NCBI GenBank assembly: GCA_040954595.2
Contig: CM082598.2
Span: 1,054,001-1,118,000, forward strand
Length of the DNA: 64,000 nucleotides
From: Balanoglossus misakiensis
Taxonomy: Eukaryota; Animalia; Hemichordata
Direction: 5' to 3'
Made by a program: the position numbers and the translations under genes. This document shows positions 40,839 to 51,762 of the stretch, piece after piece. Position 1 is the stretch's first letter, and every line of letters starts with the position of its first letter. The notes beneath the pieces are model-generated. The model made no database searches, was not told the origin of the DNA, and saw nothing but the letters and a program-made list of their open reading frames with translations.

Positions 40839-41003
40839 GGGGAGATCCATTTGCTTTCTGTCGGGGGGGGGGGGGTAGAGGATTTGGGTTATCACTATTT
40901 CAGCATTTCCTTGCTTTCGCTAGTCCTATTTTCTTCTCGACAACGTTAGTCCCCCCTCCCCCCAATCATGGCCTCCACCCCAAGAAACCAAATTGTTCTC
41001 CCC
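40839..41003. mobile_element. PIF/Harbinger-like MITE with TAA target duplication
   Basis: TAA|GGGGAGATCCATTTGCTTTCT ... AGAAACCAAATTGTTCTCCCC|TAA. Confidence 0.65.
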
Positions 41004-42666
41004 TAATTACAACTCGAATGATTGCACCTTTGCTGAACTTTCTAATTGGCTGAATTTAATCCATTCTCTGCATTCATGATTAACGTTTAAAGACGTTCTG
41101 ACGTATATGTAGATTTCGCACACACCCCGATTGATTGCCGTTTTGTATCATAATGTATGCACTCATTAACGCAATGCATAGCAATGTAACCAGTGATTAT
41201 AGTCAGCAGAATAATTAAACACTTTAACTATTAAAAAACATAGAAAATATGGATAGAAATAAATATACAGGCCTATCGTAGATCGCTGCGCACCACAATT
41301 CTGCTATGACAGAAATTAAATATATCAACGCAGATCGGATGTTTTCTTTTATACACATAATCTTTGCATGAACATACTGTTGTACACCAGTGAATCCTGC
41401 CACAGAACACAATCAGGAAATGTGTGGGGGGGGGGGGGGGGGCGCTGAATAACTGTTAAAATTTGACAATTGATATGAGCTATCGGTACGGTGCAGTGCA
41501 AATACCGTAATAGTTAGGCAAACAGGAAAGTCATACGATGACGTCATCGTACACGATTCCGTCAAATACACGTTTCGTGGTCATCCCGATACACGTCAGT
41601 TGACTACAACCATACACTCTGCCGTTGTTAGTGGGAAGGTGTTCGATAGAGTTCAGGTGCACGGTTTCCCCGATAGCTGACGATACAAGTAAGTAGTTCA
41701 TTGACAAGAGAATCTCGTATAGTGTTAAAATTAAACAGACGCCATTATTTATCATGTCACGGGGTATACAATGCTCAGTTGTCGTTTTGGACATATGGCA
41801 GACGACACACGTCATCTGAAGTGAACAGACGAGTGTTTCTGAGTAGATAATTATTTCAGGTGTCATAGGACAATTGCACAAGCATAGCTTTATGCCGGAT
41901 GACTTAAAATGTCTCTCAGTTCGATGTGAATATGGCTGAGCATAATATATTGTAGGCCGGCCATATATAACCAGTCATCAGTCCGCTACCGGCAAATAAT
42001 ATTCAAGTGTAGATTAGTTACATGACATTAATTTTGCATTTGATTCCACAGGCTGCATTTCAACTAATATAACTTGCATAATCACGCATTATTTAACAAA
42101 GTAACGGGTTGGTTAATTAATATTACGTGTTGTTTTATACGGCCATATGCTGAATCGAACTTCATTCTGATTGGTTTATCATCTGACATCACCGTGACGT
42201 AGATCCGTTTGTGCATAAATTGCCGAAAATTTACCGTTCTACGGCTGTACGTACTATCACTTGCATTATATTTAAAATATTGTTCAATCACGAGGCAAGG
42301 TCAAACTTCAAACACAATAATGGATTTCGAATCGATTGCGGCAATTTTAATCGTCCAAGAGATAACACTATCGACACATTGTGTTTAAACATGTCTGCCT
42401 CTCTCCGGTCCCGAGTAGGACACGACCCAAACGCGATCTGTTAGTTTACATACCATTATACTTTAACTTTCAGTCGGCCAAAGTTCAATGCTCTAAATAT
42501 CAAAACTCGTGCTTAGCTAGTCTGTGACCCCCTCGTCCAATATTTGCGATAATAATATTTCATTATTACTTCACAATTGGAACTGCATAACTCTCATGTA
42601 CTAATTACAATTTTAAGTACAGTGATTGTCCACTATGTATCCCACAGGTCTTTGCGAACAGTTGCC

Positions 42667-43736
42667 ATGGGCAACTCTTTGGGGTCATGTACCAAACAAC
42701 AGACGAAGCCGGGTGCAACGAAAAACCCACCGATAAAGTCAAAACCACAAAGCGCTAAGAAACAAAAACAGAACAATAAGAAAAACAAACAGGCAGTAAA
42801 CAGCAAGGATGACGACTCCGTAACCAAGACAACAGAGAAGAAATCCGTGACAAGGAAAGCTGAAGCAAAGAACAACAAACAGAAGACAAAAACTGTAAAA
42901 TTGAAGGAAAATAAATCAGCAAAGACAGAAGGGAACAACAAAACAACAACAAGAAACAAAGGTAGGACAAGTATTTTCATTCTCAAGAGTATGAATTCTG
43001 TGATAAAGTAACTTTATAGCGATACAATACTTTATAAATATATCCACTCCATCATATACTTATTTATTGATTGACAGATCCTCATCATCATGAAACCGCT
43101 GTAGACGACATTAACAGCAGTAATGAGCAGAAAAACAGAGAAAACGATGCCGTGGAAAAAGAGGTTCTGAACGAGGAGGCAACGGAGAAGAACCCCGCGG
43201 GTGACGCCTCGGACCTCGGTGATGTTTTAACATTCATCGAATCAGTGAACATGCAGAACGACAGAGATGAGAAAATAGAGGGAAGTTGTGAAGATGGCGC
43301 CAAGAATGACAGTGATGTAACCGAAAAAGCGGAAGACGAGGTGGAATTATTGAAAATCAGATGTAGCGAGTTGGAAGCGAACATCCAAACGATAACAAGC
43401 GAAGTCGAAGAAGACAAAAACAAACTTTTAGAGGAGGAAAAACGGCAACGAGAAACACTCCTGAATGATAATGTTCTGTTACGTAACAAAATTAATGAAT
43501 TGCAGAAAACGGTTGCAAACCAGGAAGAGTTGATTGCAAAACATACATCAGAAATTAGTCGCCTGCGAGAGTTGTCAAGCAGTTATGGAACTCTGAATGA
43601 AGTTATAGAGCAGGAGATGGAATATTTGGAAGAACAGATCGCGAAATTGCAAAAAGATAACGAGCAACTACGACAAAATCTCGCCAGAGAAAAGAAAGGT
43701 GATCATGATACCGGAGTTGAAATAGTCGAGGAGTAA
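42667..43736 (+). CDS. Uncharacterised protein with putative N-myristoylation, Lys-rich region and C-terminal coiled coil, 317 aa
   Basis: Strong Kozak context GCCATGG at 42667. Exons 42667-42961 and 43078-43736 (phase 1, GT-AG). MGNSLGSC start; heptad-like E/K/L-rich C-terminal half. Confidence 0.75.
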
Positions 43737-45320
43737 CATTCAACATTTCAGGAAATAATCAATAATCTTCCACCATTCATAGAAGAATACGCCCGTGGGA
43801 GATATAGATCAATTGAACGCGCATCACTGACTACAGATCGTAACCACGCCACCACGTGCAGTTGACACGCGGAACATTTCCATGTCGAAACGAAGATGCG
43901 CTCTCACCCACACCCGAAACCAGGCCAAATTACAACACCAGCAAAATACTGGGTTGCTTCACCTGTGATTTAAACCAATGTCATGTATGCCATGAACCGT
44001 CACAATGACCACTATTCATATATCGAGGCCAAACCGGGAAAGTTCCTGGAAAAAATAACGCATGACCCACCACATATGTGACATAATAGAAGCGCAACAG
44101 ATACAATCCGATCGCTTAACATTTCAACAAACCGGAACACTCCTAAAGGGTTTTAGTGTGACTGTTCTCTCGAAACAATTTACAGAGTTGATACAACCAT
44201 GAACGTGAAATAAATTAATTAAAAGCTTATGCTGCAGTAACATGCAGTTGAACCAGATTGCTGCTAAACCTTGTTTTATGTTGTAGTGAAAAAAGAACAC
44301 GCATACCCTGCCATTAGAAAACAACATCTATCCGAAACAAGATAAAGTACAAAAGCTTACAGAAAAAAACACCGACGTCTTCTTAATCACGATTCTCCAG
44401 GAAGGCTGAGTTGAGCAGATCAACTGTCTGGTTCACCTAGTATACTGGCGGCTTACACACAATGCCGCTATTCAAACGGTCCCAGAAAATAGTGCATGTT
44501 TCTATCTTACGTAACAGTCTTTTAGGCAGTCCTTCTCTGGAGGGGACGGGAGAGTTGAGGAGGACAAATAAAATCTTACAATATGTCGGGGGAGGGCTGG
44601 AATTGTCGTGACGACTAAACGGTGGGGGAGGGGGCTTGAAAATACGCCACCCGAAAACCAATTGTATAAAAATCACGCTTATAAATATTCTCAGAGCCGG
44701 CATGCTGCGCGGAGACATCATCGCCACCTAATCACGGCAGTTTCACTCACTCTCTAATAATTGTGTTCATCCGAACAACAAGATCTAAAACAGTGCATGT
44801 TTCCACGCCCTCTAACAACCCTTTACCATAATTTTAGCCATTTGAAAATTAAAGATTTAACTATAGTGGACATTGAGAGTGATTTTGAAGATGTTTTAAG
44901 GAGAGGAATTCAATGGAAGTGGAAACGTTACTTTCGCTGCCCGTCGCTTAAAATCATTTGCATATCAAATCATTCCTACCCTTCTTTGCATGCAATGTCA
45001 GAGTAACCTTTTGTTTTTATTTGGCGCCTTAATGCGTTTCCATAGTTATGTAATTCCAACAAAACATGTACAAAACTGAAAAACTAACTGAACAAAGACT
45101 GTATTGCTTATTTGTCGATGTTGATCGCTCTTAGCTGAAATTCATGGCGCGAAATTCATTCAATACTTAATTCCTTAGGATAAATAAAAACTTGAACCTG
45201 TTCTAGTAGAGGGCTCACTGCATGATCATATCTAAGTTAACTATTATTTCTTTCATTACTACAAGCCTCTCTCTCTCGCTCTCTTTCTCTTCCCCCTCTC
45301 TCTCCTTAATGTCACGTGAC

Positions 45321-46758
45321 CTAAACGATAAGACGTGATATCCAGACACATATTAATCCCACGACGGTGAACAAGATTCCGGCCTCTGACGTCACTCCTC
45401 CGCCCAGTTGAGGTAGATCATCCGTGTTGCAGTTATCCGTATCGCAACAGAAGACACACGCCGTCTTGCCTGCGTTACAATGAAACATCACAGTATCGCG
45501 TTAGAGGGCGCCTCTCGTTGGTATATCATGGAAAACTTCTATCTACAATTTACTACATTATCTTCTACTGTCGTCTTCTACTATGGGAATACCTCTCAGC
45601 CGGAAATCCATCCAAATGTTATATCCGATTTTATCGTCACTATATATTTTCGCGTTAAATGCAAAGTATTTTACGTTTTTTCAGATGCAATAGCATCTCT
45701 CACTAACTTTTTTTTAGTTTGACGGTGAATAAGGCTTTCGACAGTTCCTCATACCGTCATAGTATACGTCTTGTCATAAGCGCTGCGTCACAAACGTTTA
45801 CTCACAGCCGAGTGCTATAACTTGCAAGTACTAGCGATATTTTGCTAACAGATCCTGCAAGGATATGTCCATGCAATGCAACAGATCATCTTGTGGTCAC
45901 GAAGTCACCCCAGTCTTGTGCAGAATTATGTGTTCATACGACGTTTATGGTGAGCTTTCTGAGCGCTAACACCAAAGCTATCTCTGTTCGCATTAATTTA
46001 AGTGTAAAATATTTCGGTAATAATATTTGAATATGTAATTACCACTTTCTTGTGTACACTGGTTAAGACATAATGCCTCTGGAAAACAGCCACGTGAAAA
46101 TTTCTCCAGTTTGCCATTTGCATCCGTGGACCCACTGACCTGTTGGCATATATCCGTGCATGGTGACTCACTTGATCATCGCACATAGATACATAATTTT
46201 TTATACAGGCAGGCAGACAGACAGACAGTCAGACAGACAGACAGGCAGGCAGGCAGGCAGGCAGGTAGGTAGGTAGGTAGACACGCAGACAGACATGTGG
46301 GCAGGCAGGCAGACACGCAGACAGACAGGGTGGCATGCGGGCAGGCAGGCAGGGAGACAGATGGATTATCGTGAAAACAAGCAAAAACCTCTTACCTGGC
46401 ACTTGTTATACCGATAACCATGTACGTGGTCACAATCAACCGTCCCTTCCATGTCAAAGTTGTATCGACATCCTTCTCCTGTGCCAGAACATGTGAAACA
46501 TTCAATCGCCGCCGCAGAACTTATTGTCAGCAACAGACCTGGAATATATATAAGTTTCGCTTTAGTTTGATTGTAGAAATATGTACATGCGTGTGTGTGT
46601 GTGTGTTTGTTTGCAGTTAATCACGTCACCAATATGACCTCCCATGAAACCAAATCTTCCTATTATGTTATCTCATATAAACTTAAAACTAATGAAACAA
46701 AAATAGTGGTGTTGCGTCACTTACATAGCAAGACTGTCTCACGAGAATATGGTACCAT
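45321..46758 (-). CDS. GPI-anchored Ly6/uPAR (three-finger, quiver-like) protein, 140 aa
   Basis: Exons 46725-46758, 46396-46538, 46043-46139, 45321-45469. Translation: MVPYSRETVLLCLLLTISSAAA-IECFTC...GC...DC...KC...RGC...LC..QC...ACVFCCDTDNCN plus a hydrophobic tail (ILFTVVGLICVWISRLIV*). Not in the ORF track. Confidence 0.9.
46206..46360. repeat. Compound (CAGG/CAGA/TAGG)n microsatellite in a Ly6 intron
   Basis: Runs of tetranucleotide units. Confidence 0.9.
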
Positions 46759-47563
46759 CTTCTCTGTAACGATGACTTGACTACGTTGAAATGACAGTAC
46801 CCGAAAGGTTTTGACTCTGAGAAAAATACAAGACAAACAAACGCATTAAACAAAAAAAACAGTAATTTTTTCTACACATCAACTGTGAACTCATAGATTA
46901 AAGTTTACAGTTATGTCATTTAAGGTATACACTCAACTACAGGTATGCAAATTTAACAAATTTCCCAGAAATTTATCTCCAAGAACAACTGTGCCATTGT
47001 TGCCATGACAACATTGCAATTCAATTCGAAACAGATGCTGCCTCTCTTCAATCATCCAGCGTTTAATATCCCGGATGATGACACTGTTTCCATCTCACGA
47101 TGGAATGTAAATTGAAGAATACATTCAAGGCTCGTCGAGTCAGAACGAGCATGGTATATAAATCACTCGGCAACTCCTTTTTGAAAATTGTCACATGGCA
47201 ACATTGACCACTCAGGGCAGCTCCAAAGCGACGACAAATCTTACACGCTTCATTCAACCCATTTGTCTCCGGATGCGACTTCGCGAACGTTTCAAAAAAC
47301 AGTTTCCTCTTTTTTCTACACAGAACACCAAACCCCGTTTTGCCTCTAAAAGCTGTGCTTGTCAGTTGAAGTATTTTCAGGCGTGACCTCCAAGGTTAAC
47401 ATACTACTTGACTGACACCAAACACCGACTCCAATGTTATCCTGATGAAATTTGGGTCAAACCAAAGACAGTCTGTCATAGATTTCTGATCGGGATGGCC
47501 ATGAAGTTATGGCGGAGAACTTCACGAGCGTCGGTTGCTATCCTTCTGTAACACTCGTGCTCT

Positions 47564-47654
47564 TAACCCTTTCACCACTATGGTTTGCTCCAAATCAACT
47601 GTTTTCTATGATAAAGTTGGACCTCTATGGAGGGAACCAGGGGTGAAAGGGTTA
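47564..47654. mobile_element. Intact ~90-bp piggyBac-type MITE
   Basis: TTAA|CCCTTTCACC ... GGTGAAAGGG|TTAA. Confidence 0.85.
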
Positions 47655-47747
47655 AGCCATCTCATCTCATGCAAGATGAAAAAATAGCATTTTAAGATAG
47701 CATCATTGGAACAGAAAGTGTGCAGCATACATGCCTAGATGTAAGCC

Positions 47748-50354
47748 TATGGAAAGCCACAGCTGTCTTAAGTCCATTGTTACCATTATACGACGCTTAT
47801 ACATCATTATACAATGTGCATACATCATTATACGCTGCTTGTGCAACGTTATACGATGTGAATACATCATTATACATTGCCCATACATCATTATACGCTG
47901 CCCATACATCATTATACGACGCTCATACATCATTATACGCTGCTCGTACATCATTATACGACACTCGTACATCATAATACAATGTGCATACATCATTATA
48001 CATTGCCCATACATCATTATACGATGATCATACATCTTTATACAATGTGTATACATCATTATACAATGTGCATACATCATTATACAATGTGCATACATCA
48101 TTATACGATATGAATACATCATTATACAATGTGCATACATCATTATACGATGTGCATACATCATTATACGCTGCTTGTGCATCATTATACGCTGTGGATA
48201 CATCATTATACGCTGCCCATACAGAATTATACGACGCTTATGCATCATTATACGACGCTTATACATCATTATACGCTGCTTGTGCATCATTATACGCTGT
48301 GCATACATCATTATGCGTCGCTCATTCACCATGATACTATGCCCATTCAACATACGGTGCGCGTTTGGCTTTATACTATGCAGACATGTCATTATGATAT
48401 GCTATTCCTAACCCCAATTCCGTCAAAGAGGGCGCACTTATACACATGACGGTACTGAAGTAAGACTTGGATTCGGTTTTGGTTTCGAGAGACTGAAAGT
48501 ACATGTAGTTAAGCATTTTCGGGCGACCATCGCGGTTTGGCATCTGCAGTACGAGTATGAAAATAAGTTTTTATAACTCTGTAAAAATATGAATATATTT
48601 GATCAAACTCTTTCGACATGTCATGTATGATATTTTTGGCACCAAATCACAGTTTTTGCACATCAGAAATTGTTTAATACATATTTTATCATTGAGAAAC
48701 ATACTTCGATGATAAAAAGATATAATTTTGAAATTTTCGGCTTGAATAAACATTTTTTGGGTGAGAAAAATGTCATACATAACAAGTACAGATTAAATTA
48801 AAGCTGCAAGCAGCGTTGGCGGGGCACAAGCGGTTCCCATGGTAACCAGCAAATGCCAAGGCTGTATCTGCTGTAAGTCAAAAGTCACCTGAGGTCACCC
48901 CATATTTGCGCAAAATATTGGACCTCATACTAGTCTGCGTCCAACAAAAACCAGACCCGTAGCCCTATTGGTTCGCCTAGAATTAGGTATGCACATAATT
49001 AATGAAGTCTTGTGTAAGACTCCATTGTCCTCAATCCCCCCAAAAGCCAGGGCTCTAACTGCTGCGGCTGCTGAGATATGGGAAATTAGATCAAAGGTCA
49101 CCCAAGGTCACCCAAAATTTGGGCATAAAATGTTGACCCCATAGTGGACCATGTCCAACAAACACACGACCTCTAGCCCTATTGGTTAGCCTGGAATAAG
49201 ATATGCAGAAAAATGATGTTTCAGAAATAGGTCAAAGGTCATTGCTAAAATTCCCAAAATATTTGTGTCATGTCCTGGTAGCAGTGGTACCCATGTCCAC
49301 AAATTTCATGACTGTGGTGCTGTTGCAAGAGGAGGTACAAGGCATATGCATATATAATTAGTTGTTTTAAAACTGGGTCAAAGGTCATGGGAAAATTAGA
49401 CCCCCCCCCCCAAAAAAAAAAAATAATAATAATAATAATAATTGTGACAAGTTCCGGTCATATGATGACTCATATCCACAAAAAGATTTTCCGTGCTGTC
49501 ATCATTTTGGCTACAAAACGGAATTTTCATTTTTCAATGGTTTTCCGAAAATCCAATATGGCCGCCATAACGATAGACCAATCACAGTGCGCTTCGCATA
49601 CTATATAGACATAGGTTAGGTGACCACATACCCTGAATCCCGTGACTCGGCAATCGCTGGTTCTGGAGGAGAAGATTTTTTAAAGTTTTAAGTAGTTTTT
49701 CAGAAAAACAATTGTAGCAAACAACCTGCAACTTTGACAGCATAATTTCCAATTACAAAAATGATGGACAAAAGGTAGTCTACCTGCACGCCAAATTTAA
49801 AGGTGATCAGACTTGTAGTTTCTGAGATCTGAGATTTGCATTTTTTCACGAAATCCAATAAGGCCGCCAGGTCACGTGACTAATTAAATATTCACAAGCC
49901 ACTGCACATCTACTCATTGACCTTGACCACTGTTGCAAGTTTGAGAAGTATACCTGCAGTAGTTTCAGAGATCTAGTTGGCCGAAGATTGACAGGAGAAT
50001 AAAGAAAGAAAAACCCGAAAAGTGCGCCCTCTTTGACGGAATTGCGGTTAGGCATAGCATATCATAATGACATGTCTGCATAGTATAAAGCCAAACGCGC
50101 ACCGTATGTTGAACGGGCATAGTATCATGGTGAATGAGCGACGTATAATGATGTAGGCACAGCGTATAATGATGTAGGCACAGTGTATAATGCTGTATAC
50201 ACATTGTATAATGATGTATGGGCAATGTATAATGATGTATTCACATCGTATAACGTTGCACAAGCAGCGTATAATGATGTATGCACATTGTATAATGATG
50301 TATAAGCGTCGTATAATGGTAACAATGGACTTAAGACAGCTGTGGCTTTCCATA
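47748..50354. mobile_element. Foldback-like composite: inverted arms carrying a 21-bp minisatellite around a ~1.6-kb spacer
   Basis: Left arm 47748-48439 and right arm 50020-50354 are reverse complements, from TATGGAAAGCCACAGCTGTCTTAAG to CCGTCAAAGAGGGCGCACTT. Units have a CATCATTATAC core: ~26 on the left, ~9 on the right. Confidence 0.8.
48781..50015. mobile_element. Non-autonomous repeat inside the foldback spacer (Helitron/Helentron-like signature)
   Basis: TTAAAGCTGCAAGCAGCG start, repeated GGTCAAAGGTCA/TGACCTTGACC and ATGGCCGCC motifs, and internal sub-repeats (48880-48990 vs 49095-49210). Family assignment is by resemblance only. Confidence 0.45.
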
Positions 50355-50865
50355 TAAGCCTGTTTTCAGTGTACACGTTACGTTCTACTAAGCTACTTAC
50401 AGAAGCACAGCTTGAAGCAGCCTGAGAACTAGATCTTTTGAGTATCCTGGCTAGATCGTCACATTGATGACGTTCCCATCATATTTAAGTATAAGCTCTC
50501 CAAGTAGCAGCAGACGCTAGGCGGAGCGGGAGAGAGAGAATTCTGCAAGGAGAACAAAAGTAATGTGTTTACAAAATGAGCCCTAGATGAGTGTCAGTTT
50601 ACATTCAGCGGCTGTCACCGTTCATGAACACCACGCATCTTGTGAAACTGGGGCTCATGTGAATCTTGGCGTGTCGAGGGGAGTTTGTGCTTTGACACGG
50701 TGGGATTTCCTTCATTCTTCAGTAGAGTGTACCAATATGGCGGTATATAGTATACAAGTATTCAATTCAATTCAATAGGTATATTGTAGAGTAAATTAAG
50801 TACAACCCAACAACTGGGTATTCACCTTCGTGTTTTCATGAAAATCTCTACTAAATGCTGAAGAC

Positions 50866-51647
50866 TATCCTTCCCTGGTAATCGTGTATCGAGTATTTTT
50901 TTTTAATTTTCATATAGTGCTATTAATCTACCATCAACTATAATTTCTTTCTGGTCATGATTACAATATCAGCTATACGACCGGCACTATATGACGATTG
51001 ATTACATTAATTTGGAATTAAGCCATCAACTGTGATAAACGTAATTTTTCTCAAAAAATAACTAGTGAACAATTTCAATATCATTTCCTGGGCTTTTTAG
51101 TCACAAATTAAAATCAGGTGACATATTGGTAAAGCAATCATGATAGTCCGGCCCGGAAAAAAAGGACCAGCAAAGGCGGGCCCTCAAGTGACCATATCCT
51201 TTTGATAGAGTATATTTTCTGTAAGTTGTGTAGTACGATGACCCATTACGTGAATAACTGTTACTATAGTTAAGCTTATTTCTTTTCCTGTGATACCTGA
51301 AATTTGAAGACAATTTGGCGTTGGAGAAAACTCCATCTCTGTTAGGTGGATCATTCAACAGATTCTACTAGTATATCACCAACGTTATAAGCAACTCCCA
51401 TTGCCAATTCATGATTAATGTGGCATTGCAAATATACTTAGGAAATGATATTGAAAGTAAGTTTGCTCTATCTATGTTTGAGATAATTATAAATATTAGA
51501 ATCGACAATCTTCCATGTTGCTCCAAATTAGTATTTTACATGGCATTGGCAAACGCAGGAAGAAATTATAGTTGATGGAGGATTGATTATATGAAATAGT
51601 CACTGAAAAACATTAATTGTGAACACACGATTTCCCGTGAAAGGATA
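50866..51647. mobile_element. Old ~780-bp inverted-repeat element just upstream of the Cys-rich gene
   Basis: Three nested paired segments: TATCCTTCCCTGGTAATCGTGT / ACACGATTTCCCGTGAAAGGATA; CCATCAACTATAATTTCTT / AAGAAATTATAGTTGATGG; TTTCAATATCATTTCCT / AGGAAATGATATTGAAA. Confidence 0.65.
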
Positions 51648-51762
51648 ATATGGAGCTAATGGCCCGGACAAAGTTTAATTAAGTCCGCCAAAAATCCTTA
51701 TATAGTGACAGATAGACAGTTGGAACACAGTACAGACTCGTGGCCAGAACAGAAAAACAACC

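Noticed and set aside
42633-43489. Hydrophobic minus-strand ORFs resembling membrane proteins
   Set aside because: Antisense of the Lys/Glu-rich coding exons on the plus strand.
47780-48330. Regularly spaced 21-bp repeats resembling a CRISPR array
   Set aside because: The variable parts are only ~7-10 nt and are recurring variants of one another, there are no cas genes, and the context is eukaryotic. This is a minisatellite.
47703-48449. Long ORFs (229 aa RIMMY repeats and others) on both strands
   Set aside because: They result from a stop-poor 21-bp unit open in many frames and are mirrored in the inverted arm; no splice or promoter context.
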